Part shown: in pieces, positions 1 to 9,310 of the stretch
Layout of the letters: every line of letters starts with the position of its first letter
Numbering within the stretch: the first letter of the stretch is position 1
Assembly (NCBI GenBank): GCA_963785725.1
Contig: CAWAWS010000016.1
Coordinates: 384,001-448,000, forward strand
DNA: 64,000 nt
Direction of reading: 5' to 3'
Source of the DNA: an uncultured delta proteobacterium
GTDB taxonomy: Bacteria > Myxococcota_A > Polyangia > Palsa-1104
Position numbers and translations under genes: made by a program
The notes under the pieces: model-generated
What the model saw: only the letters and a program-made list of their open reading frames with translations
What the model was told of the DNA's origin: nothing
Databases searched by the model: none

Positions 1-144
1 GAGCCGCTCTTGCATGGTGGCCTCGGGATCGCGCCCGATGACCGACAGGAGGTTGTGCTTCACCGCCAGCTCTGCCAACCGCCGAATGCTCAGCGGCTGG
101 CCTTCTCGCTTGAGAACCTCAATCGCAGCGTCGACGAAAGTCAT
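1..144 (-). CDS. HARE-HTH (winged-helix) domain protein, N-terminal part; runs off the window edge
   Basis: Not in the ORF track. Manual translation from ATG 144 gives MTFVDAAIEVLKREGQPLSIRRLAELAVKHNLLSVIGRDPEATMQERL, matching the MTF.EAA..VL...G.PL...I......LL...G.TP..TM..RL pattern of HARE-HTH domains. Confidence 0.7.
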   Translation of the reverse strand, partial: MTFVDAAIEVLKREGQPLSIRRLAELAVKHNLLSVIGRDPEATMQERL

Positions 145-327
145 CCGAGTCTCACCAAAGTGGGCTGAGTGTTAACCCAAAAAGTTGCGGCTGTCGACGG
201 GCGCCTGTAACACCGAAAATGACACATCGTGCGTGTCGACCCGGACGCGGCCCTCGCGAAGGCCGCCGGGCAGACGACCCGCAGCGACGGCACGGAGCTT
301 GAGATGAAGCGGCCTCGGGAGCTGAAG

Positions 328-1332
328 ATGATGCGTGGACGGCGAATCGGAGTGCTCATGGGCGGCCTGTCGAGCGAGCGCGATCAATCGATCCGCACGG
401 GTGACGCGGTGCATGCGTCGCTCATCGAACGCGGCTACGACGCGGTCAAGGTGTTCGTCGACAGCGATTTGGATCTGCTTTTGCGCGCCGAACGCATCGA
501 TATCGCGTTCTTGGCGCTGCATGGCCGCTACGGCGAGGACGGCTGCGTCCAAGGCATGCTCGAGCTGTTCGGCATTCCATACACGGGATCGTCGGTGCTG
601 GCGTCGGCCTTGGCGATGGACAAGCTGAAGGCCAAAGAGCTGTTTCGACTACACAATGTGCCGACGCCGCCCTATTACGTGCACGTGCGCGGCGAGGGCG
701 CGGCGGTCGAGCAGCACGGCAGCTTCGGCTTTCCGTCGGTGGTCAAGCCGCGCGCCGAAGGCTCGTCGCTCGGCGTCCGTCGCGTCGCCGAGGTGGACGA
801 GCTGGAGTCGGCGATCGACGAGGCGCTGCGCTTCGACGATCATGCGCTGGTGGAGCGGTTCGTCGACGGGGCCGAGGTTCACGTGGCGCTGCTCGGCGGT
901 CGTCCGCTCGGCGCCGTCGAGGTCGACCGCGCCGGCCGGCTGTTCGATTTCGCCGCCCGCCGCGCCAACGTCATGCCGCTCTATGCGCCGCCGCGGCTGT
1001 CGGTCGAGCGGCTGCGCGGCGCGTTGACGCTGGCCATGCGCGCGGCGCGAGCGCTCGAGTGCAGCGGGCTGTGCGAAGTGGATTTGGTGGTGAGCGAGCG
1101 CGGCAACGAGCAGGTGCTCGAGATCGACACGCAACCGTCGCTGGCACCGCATTCGCTCGTGCCCAAGATCGCGCACGCGGCCGGCTGGTCGTTCGACGAT
1201 CTGGTCGAGGCGATGCTGCACGAGGCGCAGCTGCACACGTCGAGTCGGTCGACGGGCGCGCGGCGGACGCGGCTGACCGAGGGCTACACCGGTCCCGAGC
1301 GCCGCACGCAGCCGACGTCGGAGCCGCACTAA
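328..1332 (+). CDS. ddl: D-alanine--D-alanine ligase family ATP-grasp protein (divergent active site)
   Basis: IGVLMGGLSSER, ALHGRYGEDG, GIPYTGS, MDKLKAK, VVKPRAEGSS and SLVP motifs. Start taken at ATG 328 (GGGAG upstream); ATG 304 is an alternative. Confidence 0.85.
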   Translation: MMRGRRIGVLMGGLSSERDQSIRTGDAVHASLIERGYDAVKVFVDSDLDLLLRAERIDIAFLALHGRYGEDGCVQGMLELFGIPYTGSSVLASALAMDKLKAKELFRLHNVPTPPYYVHVRGEGAAVEQHGSFGFPSVVKPRAEGSSLGVRRVAEVDELESAIDEALRFDDHALVERFVDGAEVHVALLGGRPLGAVEVDRAGRLFDFAARRANVMPLYAPPRLSVERLRGALTLAMRAARALECSGLCEVDLVVSERGNEQVLEIDTQPSLAPHSLVPKIAHAAGWSFDDLVEAMLHEAQLHTSSRSTGARRTRLTEGYTGPERRTQPTSEPH

Positions 1333-1371
1333 GTGCCCAAAGCGATGACCGGATCGGAGCAGTCTCACTAA

Positions 1372-3153
1372 ATGAAGCGGGCGCGCCTGTGGCCGTTCGT
1401 CGCCATCGGCGGCGCGGGCGCGGTCGTGTGGGGCGCGGCCGTCGCGCAGCTCGTCTGGCGACCGCTGGCGCCGCGGCTGGAGGCCGATTTGGCGGCGGCG
1501 TTGGGCGTCGAGCGCGGCGCCGTTCACGTCGGTAGCGCGCGCTTCGGTTTTCCCGGCAAGCTCATCGTCGGCGATGTGTGGACGCGCGATCTCGCCCTCG
1601 GCCGCGCCGAAGTCACCGTCGATCCCTGGGTCGCGATCACCACCGGTCGCCTGAAGCCGTCGTCGCTGCGCGTCTTCGATGCGCGCGCGGCGCTCGGCCA
1701 CGTCGACGACGTCGAAGCCCACTTCGACGGCGGACGCGGCGACGCGCGCGTCACCTTGCGCGGCATCAACGTCTTCCCCGCCGCGCATTGGCTGGGCGGG
1801 CTCGACGCGCGCATCGGCGACGCCGGGCTGGAGTTGGAGAGCGGCACCGTCAAGCGCTTCGCCTTCGCGCAGACGCGCGTCGGCGGCATCGACGGGCTCG
1901 TCGGCTCGGCCGTGCGCGCCGCCGACGGCGCCTGGCTCGTTCGCGGCGCGCGACCGGGAATGGCCGCGACCGGCCGCCTCGGCGCCGACGGAGTCGACGG
2001 CGTCGCCCGCTTCGAGCGCATGCCGCTTTTCGGCGTGCCCGCGCCGCGCGGCCTCGACCTCGGGCAAGCGACCGCCGCCGGCACGCTCATCTTCGCCACC
2101 GATCGCCAAGGCGCCTCGGCGACGCTGGAGCTGGCCTTCGCCGGGGTCGCGCTCGACCATCCGGGCCTGTCGCGCAGCCGCGTCGATGGCGTGGCCGCGT
2201 CGGTGACGGGCGTCCTCGTGCGCGACCGCGACGGCCTGGCGGCGCGCGATCTCCACGTCGGCATCGGCCACGCCACCGTGCTCGTCGACGGCCGGCTCGA
2301 CGGCGACGGCCAGCTGTCGGGCAGCGCCACCCTGCCCCGCCTCGCCTGCGCCGACTTGCTGGCGTCGATTCCGCGGCCGCTCGTGCCGCACTTGGCCGGC
2401 CTCATCCTCGACGGCGACGTCGACGCGCGGCTGACGCTGTCGCTCGACATCCACGACGGCTCGACGCTGGCGGTCAAGCTCGACGGCAACAACGGCTGCC
2501 GCGCCCGCAGCGACGCCGCCCTCGCCGACGTCGCCAGCCTCGCGCACGCCGACGCGCCCACGCTCGTCGAGCACCTCGTCGACGGCGGCCGCAAATTCCC
2601 GCTGTCGGCGCGCAATCCGTCGTGGCGCGCCATCGGCGGCTTGCCGCCGCAGCTGGTGCGCGCGTTCGTCGTCTCCGAAGACGGCCGCTTCTTCAGCCAC
2701 CACGGCTTCGACGTCGAGGGCATGGGCAAGGCCATCGGCGCCGATCTCGACGCCGGCCGCTTCGAACGCGGCGCCTCGACGATCACGCAGCAGCTGGCGA
2801 AGAACCTGTGGCTCGACGGCGAACGCACTTTGTCGCGCAAGCTGGAAGAGGCCGTCTTGACCTGGCGCCTCGAGCAAGTGCTCGACAAGCGACGCATCCT
2901 CGAGATCTACATGAACCTCGTCGAGCTCGGGCCGGGCATCTTCGGGGTCGGTGACGCGGCCGAGAAGTACTTCGGCAAGCTGCCCGAGGAGCTGTCGGCC
3001 GACGAAGCGGCGCAGCTGGCCGCGCTGCCGCCGGCGCCGCGGCGCGGAATGGACGCCGCCTGGGCGCGGCGCTACAAGGCGCTCTCGGCGCGGCTGCCGT
3101 CGGAGCGCCCGCTGCAGCTGCCGCCGCCGTACCTGCAGCTCTCGAAACGCTAG
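1372..3153 (+). CDS. Peptidoglycan glycosyltransferase (GT51) domain protein with N-terminal TM and long beta-rich region; no transpeptidase domain
   Basis: GT51 motifs SEDGRFFSHHGFD, GASTITQQLAKNL, RKLEE and KRRILEIYMN in the C-terminal third; hydrophobic N-terminus. Confidence 0.85.
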   Translation: MKRARLWPFVAIGGAGAVVWGAAVAQLVWRPLAPRLEADLAAALGVERGAVHVGSARFGFPGKLIVGDVWTRDLALGRAEVTVDPWVAITTGRLKPSSLRVFDARAALGHVDDVEAHFDGGRGDARVTLRGINVFPAAHWLGGLDARIGDAGLELESGTVKRFAFAQTRVGGIDGLVGSAVRAADGAWLVRGARPGMAATGRLGADGVDGVARFERMPLFGVPAPRGLDLGQATAAGTLIFATDRQGASATLELAFAGVALDHPGLSRSRVDGVAASVTGVLVRDRDGLAARDLHVGIGHATVLVDGRLDGDGQLSGSATLPRLACADLLASIPRPLVPHLAGLILDGDVDARLTLSLDIHDGSTLAVKLDGNNGCRARSDAALADVASLAHADAPTLVEHLVDGGRKFPLSARNPSWRAIGGLPPQLVRAFVVSEDGRFFSHHGFDVEGMGKAIGADLDAGRFERGASTITQQLAKNLWLDGERTLSRKLEEAVLTWRLEQVLDKRRILEIYMNLVELGPGIFGVGDAAEKYFGKLPEELSADEAAQLAALPPAPRRGMDAAWARRYKALSARLPSERPLQLPPPYLQLSKR

Positions 3154-3215
3154 TCGGACTAGGACTTCGGACGCTTCGACGGTCGCTGTGCGGCCGGCCG
3201 ACTACGAACGCAGCG

Positions 3216-3983
<768 letters not shown>

Positions 3984-4008
3984 GGTCGCGCGATCGTCGA
4001 TTGTAGAC

Positions 4009-6447
4009 TCACGAGCGGCCTCGCGGCAAGGACGTCTTCGGGGTGGGATTCGTAGATTCGCCATCGCGATCGCGTAACGGCTGTATGTTGGTAGCCGTCA
4101 CCAGGTCGCCGTCGTCTTCTTCGTCACCATCGATCTCCTCCACATCCTCGGCCGAAAGCTCGACCGGACCCGAGCCTTCGCCGCCCAACGCCTCGTAGAA
4201 TCGCCGCGAGAAGGCGCGCACGACGGTGCCGTCGCCGCCCTCGCCCGCCCGCACGTCGTGGTCGGCGGCGCGTACTTGTCCCACCATGCCGAGCGCGCGC
4301 TGGGCCGACGCGGCGACGAGCGCGTCGCGACCGCCGCTCAAGGCTTCGACCGCCGTGCGACCGGCCGCGCTGCGCGCCGCGACCTGCGCCAGCGCCTCGA
4401 CGACCCGTTCGCGCCCTTCACCGTCGACGTCGCGCAGCCGCGTGGCCAGCGCCGTCGTCGCCAGCGGCCCCATGTCGCCGAGCGCGCGCGCCACTTCGGT
4501 CCAAATCTCCGTCGGCTCGACCACCAAGAGCTCCGCCAACGCCTCGGCCGACTGCGGCGACGCCAGCGCCCCCAGCGCCAACGCGCAACCTTGGCGCAGG
4601 AACGACTTCTTCGACTTGAGGCCTTCGAGCAGCCAGCGCTCGGCGACCTGGCCGAACCGCGGCACCGCCGGCAGGACGCGGTTGGCCTCGGCGCGCGTCA
4701 TGCGACGGATGGCACCGAAGACCGCCGCCAGCGTCGGCGTCTCGTGGCGCTCGCAGAGCACGACCGCGGCTTCGCGGCGCAGATCCTTTTGCTCGAGCAG
4801 CGACACCAGCTCCGCCGTCGCCAGGGTGCGCAGGTCGATGCCGCCGCCCGACTGACCGACGCGCGCCCGCTTGAGCGACGACTGCGCCAGCTTGCGCACC
4901 TGATCGTCGATGACGACACCGACGAGCGCGCACTCGCGCAGGAGCAGCTCCCAGTTGTCGGCCTCCTCGGTCGCCGACAGATCATTGGGCTTGAGGCGCG
5001 CCGCGATCTCGGTGAAGCGCTTGACCTGAAGCTCGAGCAGCTCCGCCCATGACGGCAAGGGCGCGCCGTGCTCCTTGGCGGAGCGCTCGACCATCGCGCG
5101 CGACACGGCGATGCCCACGTCGAGCGCCCGCCGCACCACGCGCGCCCGCATCTGCCGCCAGCGCGCCAGCGGCAGCGAGCGAATCTCCACCAAATAGGCC
5201 TCGGCGTTGGGCTCGCTCCAGCGCACCACCGTCGACAGCGCCGCGCGCACGAGCCCGGGCCGATCGAGCAGCTCGTTCTCTTCCGGCAGCTCGATCGTCG
5301 TGCGCCCCAGCCGATCGTAGCCGGGCGAGAGGAACTGCGTGCGCGCGCGCTCGAAGCTGCGCGTCGCCGGCGCCAGCCGATCGAGCGCGTCCTTGGCCTC
5401 GGCGACGAGGCGGCGCACGTTCTCTTCCAGCGGCGCCGTCACTTCGTAGGCCACGACCGGCAGATACTGCGAGTCATACAGGTCGAGCGCGAAGCTGCAG
5501 CGACGGCCGAGCGCCTCGAGCACGACGCGATGGGCGGCGCGGGCGACGTCGAGCGGCACCGTCAACAGGCGCGTCTCCTCCGGTCGCGGCCGCACCGAGC
5601 CGCCCGCCGTCGGCACGTCGATCGCCAGCAGCGTCAGCGACAGGAGCGGATAGGACGGCAGGCGATGCAGCTGCACGCGCAGCTCGACCTGGCCGGGAAT
5701 GAACGCTTCCAGCGCCGCCGGCGGCAACGAGGCGCACACGAGCACGCGATCCTCGACGAGGAAGGCCGCCGCGCTCTCGCGACCGGCGATCCAGCGCTCG
5801 GTCACGGCGGCGCGCGGATCGGGCACGCTGACGTGTACGCGCGTGTGGCTGTCGGAGTCGCCGCCGCGCCAGACCCGCTGCGGCATCGGCGTCGGCGTCA
5901 GATCTTCGTCGCGCAAGGAGGGCAAGAGCGACAGCGACGGCGAGGGCTTGCTGTCGCGATCGCGCGGCAGCTCGATGGCGCCCGCCAGATCTTCGGGCGT
6001 CAGCACGTTCACCGGCGTCGAGCGCTCGAAGGCGATCTCGACCGGCGACGGCGCATGCAGCGGCGACGTCAGCCCGGCGACGCCGAAGATCACCTCGGGC
6101 GCCAAGACGTAATCGGGCGGCGCCACCAGATCCTCGGCCAGCTGCGTGAACAGCGCCGCGCGCTCGGCCAATTCGCGGTGGCGCGCCCCGTCGGGCAGCA
6201 CGAGCACCAGCCGCTGCGCCGCGCCGTCGTGGAAGAGCACCGGCACCTGCACGTCCGACTCGGCGGCGCACGACGGGCAGCGCACGCGGTTGAGCAGGCC
6301 CGCGTGCAGCCGGCGCGTCTCGTCGGCGTCGCGGGCGTCGACGGCGCGCCAGACCTCGGCGCCGAAGCGCTGACCACACGAACAGGCGTACACCACACGC
6401 TCGCGGCGCGTGGTTACACTGCGACCGGCATAGACGCGGCTCGCCAT
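4009..6447 (-). CDS. CpXC zinc-ribbon domain protein with C-terminal HEAT repeats and acidic tail
   Basis: N-terminal CSCG...LNRVRCPSC...PVLFHD...LVLVLP (CpXC-like); HEAT-like repeats RQGCALALGAL and EVARALGDMG; acidic C-terminus. Confidence 0.7.
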   Translation of the reverse strand: MASRVYAGRSVTTRRERVVYACSCGQRFGAEVWRAVDARDADETRRLHAGLLNRVRCPSCAAESDVQVPVLFHDGAAQRLVLVLPDGARHRELAERAALFTQLAEDLVAPPDYVLAPEVIFGVAGLTSPLHAPSPVEIAFERSTPVNVLTPEDLAGAIELPRDRDSKPSPSLSLLPSLRDEDLTPTPMPQRVWRGGDSDSHTRVHVSVPDPRAAVTERWIAGRESAAAFLVEDRVLVCASLPPAALEAFIPGQVELRVQLHRLPSYPLLSLTLLAIDVPTAGGSVRPRPEETRLLTVPLDVARAAHRVVLEALGRRCSFALDLYDSQYLPVVAYEVTAPLEENVRRLVAEAKDALDRLAPATRSFERARTQFLSPGYDRLGRTTIELPEENELLDRPGLVRAALSTVVRWSEPNAEAYLVEIRSLPLARWRQMRARVVRRALDVGIAVSRAMVERSAKEHGAPLPSWAELLELQVKRFTEIAARLKPNDLSATEEADNWELLLRECALVGVVIDDQVRKLAQSSLKRARVGQSGGGIDLRTLATAELVSLLEQKDLRREAAVVLCERHETPTLAAVFGAIRRMTRAEANRVLPAVPRFGQVAERWLLEGLKSKKSFLRQGCALALGALASPQSAEALAELLVVEPTEIWTEVARALGDMGPLATTALATRLRDVDGEGRERVVEALAQVAARSAAGRTAVEALSGGRDALVAASAQRALGMVGQVRAADHDVRAGEGGDGTVVRAFSRRFYEALGGEGSGPVELSAEDVEEIDGDEEDDGDLVTATNIQPLRDRDGESTNPTPKTSLPRGRS

Positions 6448-6492
6448 GGTCTTCGATTATCACGCGCGCCGAAGTTGCGGTAAAGGAGCAAC

Positions 6493-7038
6493 ATGACCAC
6501 TCCCGACCAGGTTCACCCTTTTCTCGAAGCCGCCCGTCGTTACGTCCAGCGGGCGCTGGGGGTCGAGCTCGATGGCAGCGACACTTCGCTCGCTTTCGTC
6601 GACCATTACATTGACAAAACGGCGCGGGCGGAGGCGCTCAAGCCGGACGTGCTGGCCCTGATCGCGCCGGCGCTGGGGGCCTACTTCGGCGAGGTGGTGA
6701 TCGCGCGGCTGGGCGGCCATTGGCTCATCGAGGACGCCGATCCCAACCATTGGCGCGTCGAGCTCGAGCCGGCGCCGGTGACGTTCAGCCCGGTGGGCAT
6801 GGCGGCCGAGGCGCTGCGCGGCGGCGAGGTCGACGGCTTCGACGGCGCGTTCCTGACGCGAAATGACCTGATGGGGCCGCTGTCACAGGCGCTGGAGGGC
6901 GCGCCGCCCGTCGACGAAGGCTATTATTACTCGCTGACCGGCCGGCTCGAGACGCTCGAGCACGTGACCGATCTGCTGGTCGAGATCGAGCGCAAGCGCC
7001 GCGAGCCGTCGTCCGGCGGCGACAGCGACGCCAATTAA
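6493..7038 (+). CDS. Hypothetical protein (possibly DUF3806-like)
   Basis: AAGGAG RBS before ATG 6493; LDGSDTSLAFVD and LGAYFGEVV motifs; typical codon usage. Confidence 0.65.
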   Translation: MTTPDQVHPFLEAARRYVQRALGVELDGSDTSLAFVDHYIDKTARAEALKPDVLALIAPALGAYFGEVVIARLGGHWLIEDADPNHWRVELEPAPVTFSPVGMAAEALRGGEVDGFDGAFLTRNDLMGPLSQALEGAPPVDEGYYYSLTGRLETLEHVTDLLVEIERKRREPSSGGDSDAN

Positions 7039-7979
7039 CGCGTCTTGGGCGCGGCCTCGAGCACGACGTTGCCGTGCAGCGCCGTCAGCTCGAGCACGGG
7101 GCCGCCGCCCAAGTGGTCGCCTTGCAGCGTCGTCGGCGAGCCGACCTCGTGGTCGAGCGTAAAGCCGCTCTTGACCGCGCCCGCCGGCGCCCGCGCGCTC
7201 AGCGTAAACGGCACGCGCTCGAGGACCAGCTTGACGTCGCCCTCGCGCGTCGCCAGCTCGTAACGCCCGCCCGGACGCAACGACCCGATGAGCACGACCC
7301 CGCCCGCCGACGAGAACAGCCGCACCAGCGGCGAGCGAATGCGCCGCGCCGTGATGCGCCCTTCGACGACCTTGACCTCGATCAGCTCGCCGTCGACCGC
7401 GTCGAGCTCGACGTCGCCGGTGACGCCGTCGGCTTCGACGTTGCCCTTGATCGACGACAGATGCTGGCGACCCCGCATGGCGTTCGTCCGCACTTCGCCT
7501 TCGATGTCGTTGGCGCGCACTTCCCCGCCGTTCGACGACAAGGCCGCGCCGGCGCGAAATCCGGTGGCGTCGATGTCGCCCGACCACGTCTGCGCCCGCA
7601 GCGCCACGTTGCGCGGCGCGTCCACGGTCAGGTCGATGCCCGCGCTCTTGCCGCCCGGCAGCGACAGAAAGCCGTCACGGACGCGGACGCCGGTGCGAAT
7701 GCGAATGCGCCCATCGACCATCTCGACGTTGACGCGCAGCTGGTCGAGCGTGGCCGCGTCGGCCGCGTGCTTCTTGGCGACGATGCGCACTTCCGGCTTG
7801 TCCCAGCCGTTCAACGCCAGCGCGCCCAGCGGCTGATCGATGGCGATCGACTCGGCATTCGGCGCCGGCATGTAGACGAAGTTGACCTCTTGCTCCTCGG
7901 CCAGAGCCACCGACGGCAACAGCAGCAGCGCCAGCGCCAACCGCGCCGAGCGCGACGAAATTTCGCCGTGCGCGCGCAT
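7035..7979 (-). CDS. DUF4097/adhesin-like beta-repeat exported protein
   Basis: Signal peptide (LALALLLLPSVALA) and repeated xxxGxV/I beta units (SGDI, GGEV, TGDV, EGRI, EGDV, HGNV); downstream of the anti-sigma gene. Confidence 0.75.
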   Translation of the reverse strand: MRAHGEISSRSARLALALLLLPSVALAEEQEVNFVYMPAPNAESIAIDQPLGALALNGWDKPEVRIVAKKHAADAATLDQLRVNVEMVDGRIRIRTGVRVRDGFLSLPGGKSAGIDLTVDAPRNVALRAQTWSGDIDATGFRAGAALSSNGGEVRANDIEGEVRTNAMRGRQHLSSIKGNVEADGVTGDVELDAVDGELIEVKVVEGRITARRIRSPLVRLFSSAGGVVLIGSLRPGGRYELATREGDVKLVLERVPFTLSARAPAGAVKSGFTLDHEVGSPTTLQGDHLGGGPVLELTALHGNVVLEAAPKTR

Positions 7980-7987
7980 CGTCGTTC

Positions 7988-8638
7988 TCAACGCGGCTCC
8001 CACATCGCTTGACGCATCATTTGGTCTTCGTAGAAGCGGATCTCTTTGCGATAGGCGGCAAAGAGCAGCTCCTCGGCGTCGGGATCGGCCGGACGCTCAC
8101 CGGCGACGGCGTGACAGCGCGCCACCGCCGCCTCCAGCTGCGACTGCGCGGCGTCGTACTCGGCGCGCTTGGGCGGCTGCCACGCTTCGCGCTGCCGCTC
8201 GGCGACGGTGCGCAGCTCCTCGACGGCGCGGCGATAGTGCGCGTCGGCGGCGCGGAACTCGGACTCGGCCTGCGCGATGACGAGATCGTCCGACAGGCCG
8301 CGCCCTTTGTGCCAGCGCAACACGCCGCCGCCGATCGCCGCCGCCGCCGCCAACGCCAGCGACGGGATCGCGAAACGACGGCGCCACCACGGCAGCGCCG
8401 CGGCGAACAGCGGCTTCGGCGGCTCGGCGGCCAGCCGATTGACGAGCACGCTCCAGTTGTCCTGCCCTTCGACGTTCGGCAGCGACGAGAGCCCGCGCAC
8501 CAGCTGCGACATCGCGTCGAGCTCGTGGCGACAATCGGCGCAGTCGTCGACGTGGCGGCGCAGCTTGTCGGCCTCGGCCGGCGCCAGCTCACCGTCGAGC
8601 AGCGCCGACAGCTTGGCCTGATTGCGCGCGCAGCTCAT
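7988..8638 (-). CDS. zf-HC2 anti-sigma factor with one TM helix
   Basis: MSC...LSALLDGEL...HVDDCADC motif and a hydrophobic segment; ATGA/stop overlap with the sigma gene. Confidence 0.85.
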   Translation of the reverse strand: MSCARNQAKLSALLDGELAPAEADKLRRHVDDCADCRHELDAMSQLVRGLSSLPNVEGQDNWSVLVNRLAAEPPKPLFAAALPWWRRRFAIPSLALAAAAAIGGGVLRWHKGRGLSDDLVIAQAESEFRAADAHYRRAVEELRTVAERQREAWQPPKRAEYDAAQSQLEAAVARCHAVAGERPADPDAEELLFAAYRKEIRFYEDQMMRQAMWEPR

Positions 8639-9216
8639 TTACGCTCTCCGAGGAGATCGCGCATTTTGGCGCGCGCCTTGTGCAGCTGCGACTTCGACGT
8701 GCCCACGCGGCAGCCGAGAATTTCCGCGATCTCTTCGTGCTGCAAGCCTTCGACGTCGTGCAGCACGAGGACGGCGCGATAACCGGCCGGCAGCCGCCTG
8801 AGCGCGTCCTCGAGCTTGGCGCGCAGCCGCGGATCGGCCGACGGACCCTCCTCGGCCGGCAACGCCATGAGCGCATCTTCACCGAGATCACGCTTTTGCC
8901 GCGCCTGCGTGCGCGTGGCGTGCGACAAGGCCGCGTTCACCGACAGGCGATACATCCACGTCGACAATTGCGCGTCGCCGCGGAACTTATCGAGGCCGCG
9001 GAAGGCGCGCAAAAACACCTCTTGCGCCAGCTCCTCGGCATCTTGCGCACCGACGATGCGCGCGATCAGCGAGAACACGCGGCGACGGTAACGCTCGTAA
9101 AACGCGTGCAGCGCCTGGCGTTCGCCGCGGCGACACGCCTCGACCAGCGCTTGCTCGTCACTGGCAATGGCGGGAGCGCGGCTCATCGTCAGTGGTTTCA
9201 CCAAGGCGACCGTCAC
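8635..9216 (-). CDS. ECF RNA polymerase sigma factor
   Basis: DAEELAQEVFLRAF, STWMYRLSVN, LHDVEGL, EIAEILG and GTSKSQLHKAR (regions 2 and 4). Confidence 0.92.
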   Translation of the reverse strand: MTVALVKPLTMSRAPAIASDEQALVEACRRGERQALHAFYERYRRRVFSLIARIVGAQDAEELAQEVFLRAFRGLDKFRGDAQLSTWMYRLSVNAALSHATRTQARQKRDLGEDALMALPAEEGPSADPRLRAKLEDALRRLPAGYRAVLVLHDVEGLQHEEIAEILGCRVGTSKSQLHKARAKMRDLLGERK

Positions 9217-9224
9217 TCCCTATC

Positions 9225-9271
9225 GACACCCGGAAACGTCACCGGGTTGCCTCTCATTATACTGATTCGCG
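9225..9271 (-). promoter_or_regulatory. Putative ECF-type promoter (GCAAC-N17-TGTC) plus upstream sigma70 -10 (TATAAT) for the ECF operon
   Basis: Minus strand reads TATAAT-gagag-GCAAC-ccggtgacgtttccggg-TGTC-gataggga-GTG; AAC/GTC spacing resembles ECF promoters. Confidence 0.35.
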
Positions 9272-9310
9272 TCCAGAATCCAGCCAAACGCGTGCTAGGG
9301 TTCCGAGCGC

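Noticed and set aside
649..2877. Long antisense or alternate-frame ORFs (also 8680..10893, 40625..43462, 43719..46544, 57346..59685 and many others)
   Set aside because: Shadow ORFs expected in high-GC DNA: Arg/Ala-rich, motif-free and overlapping well-supported genes.
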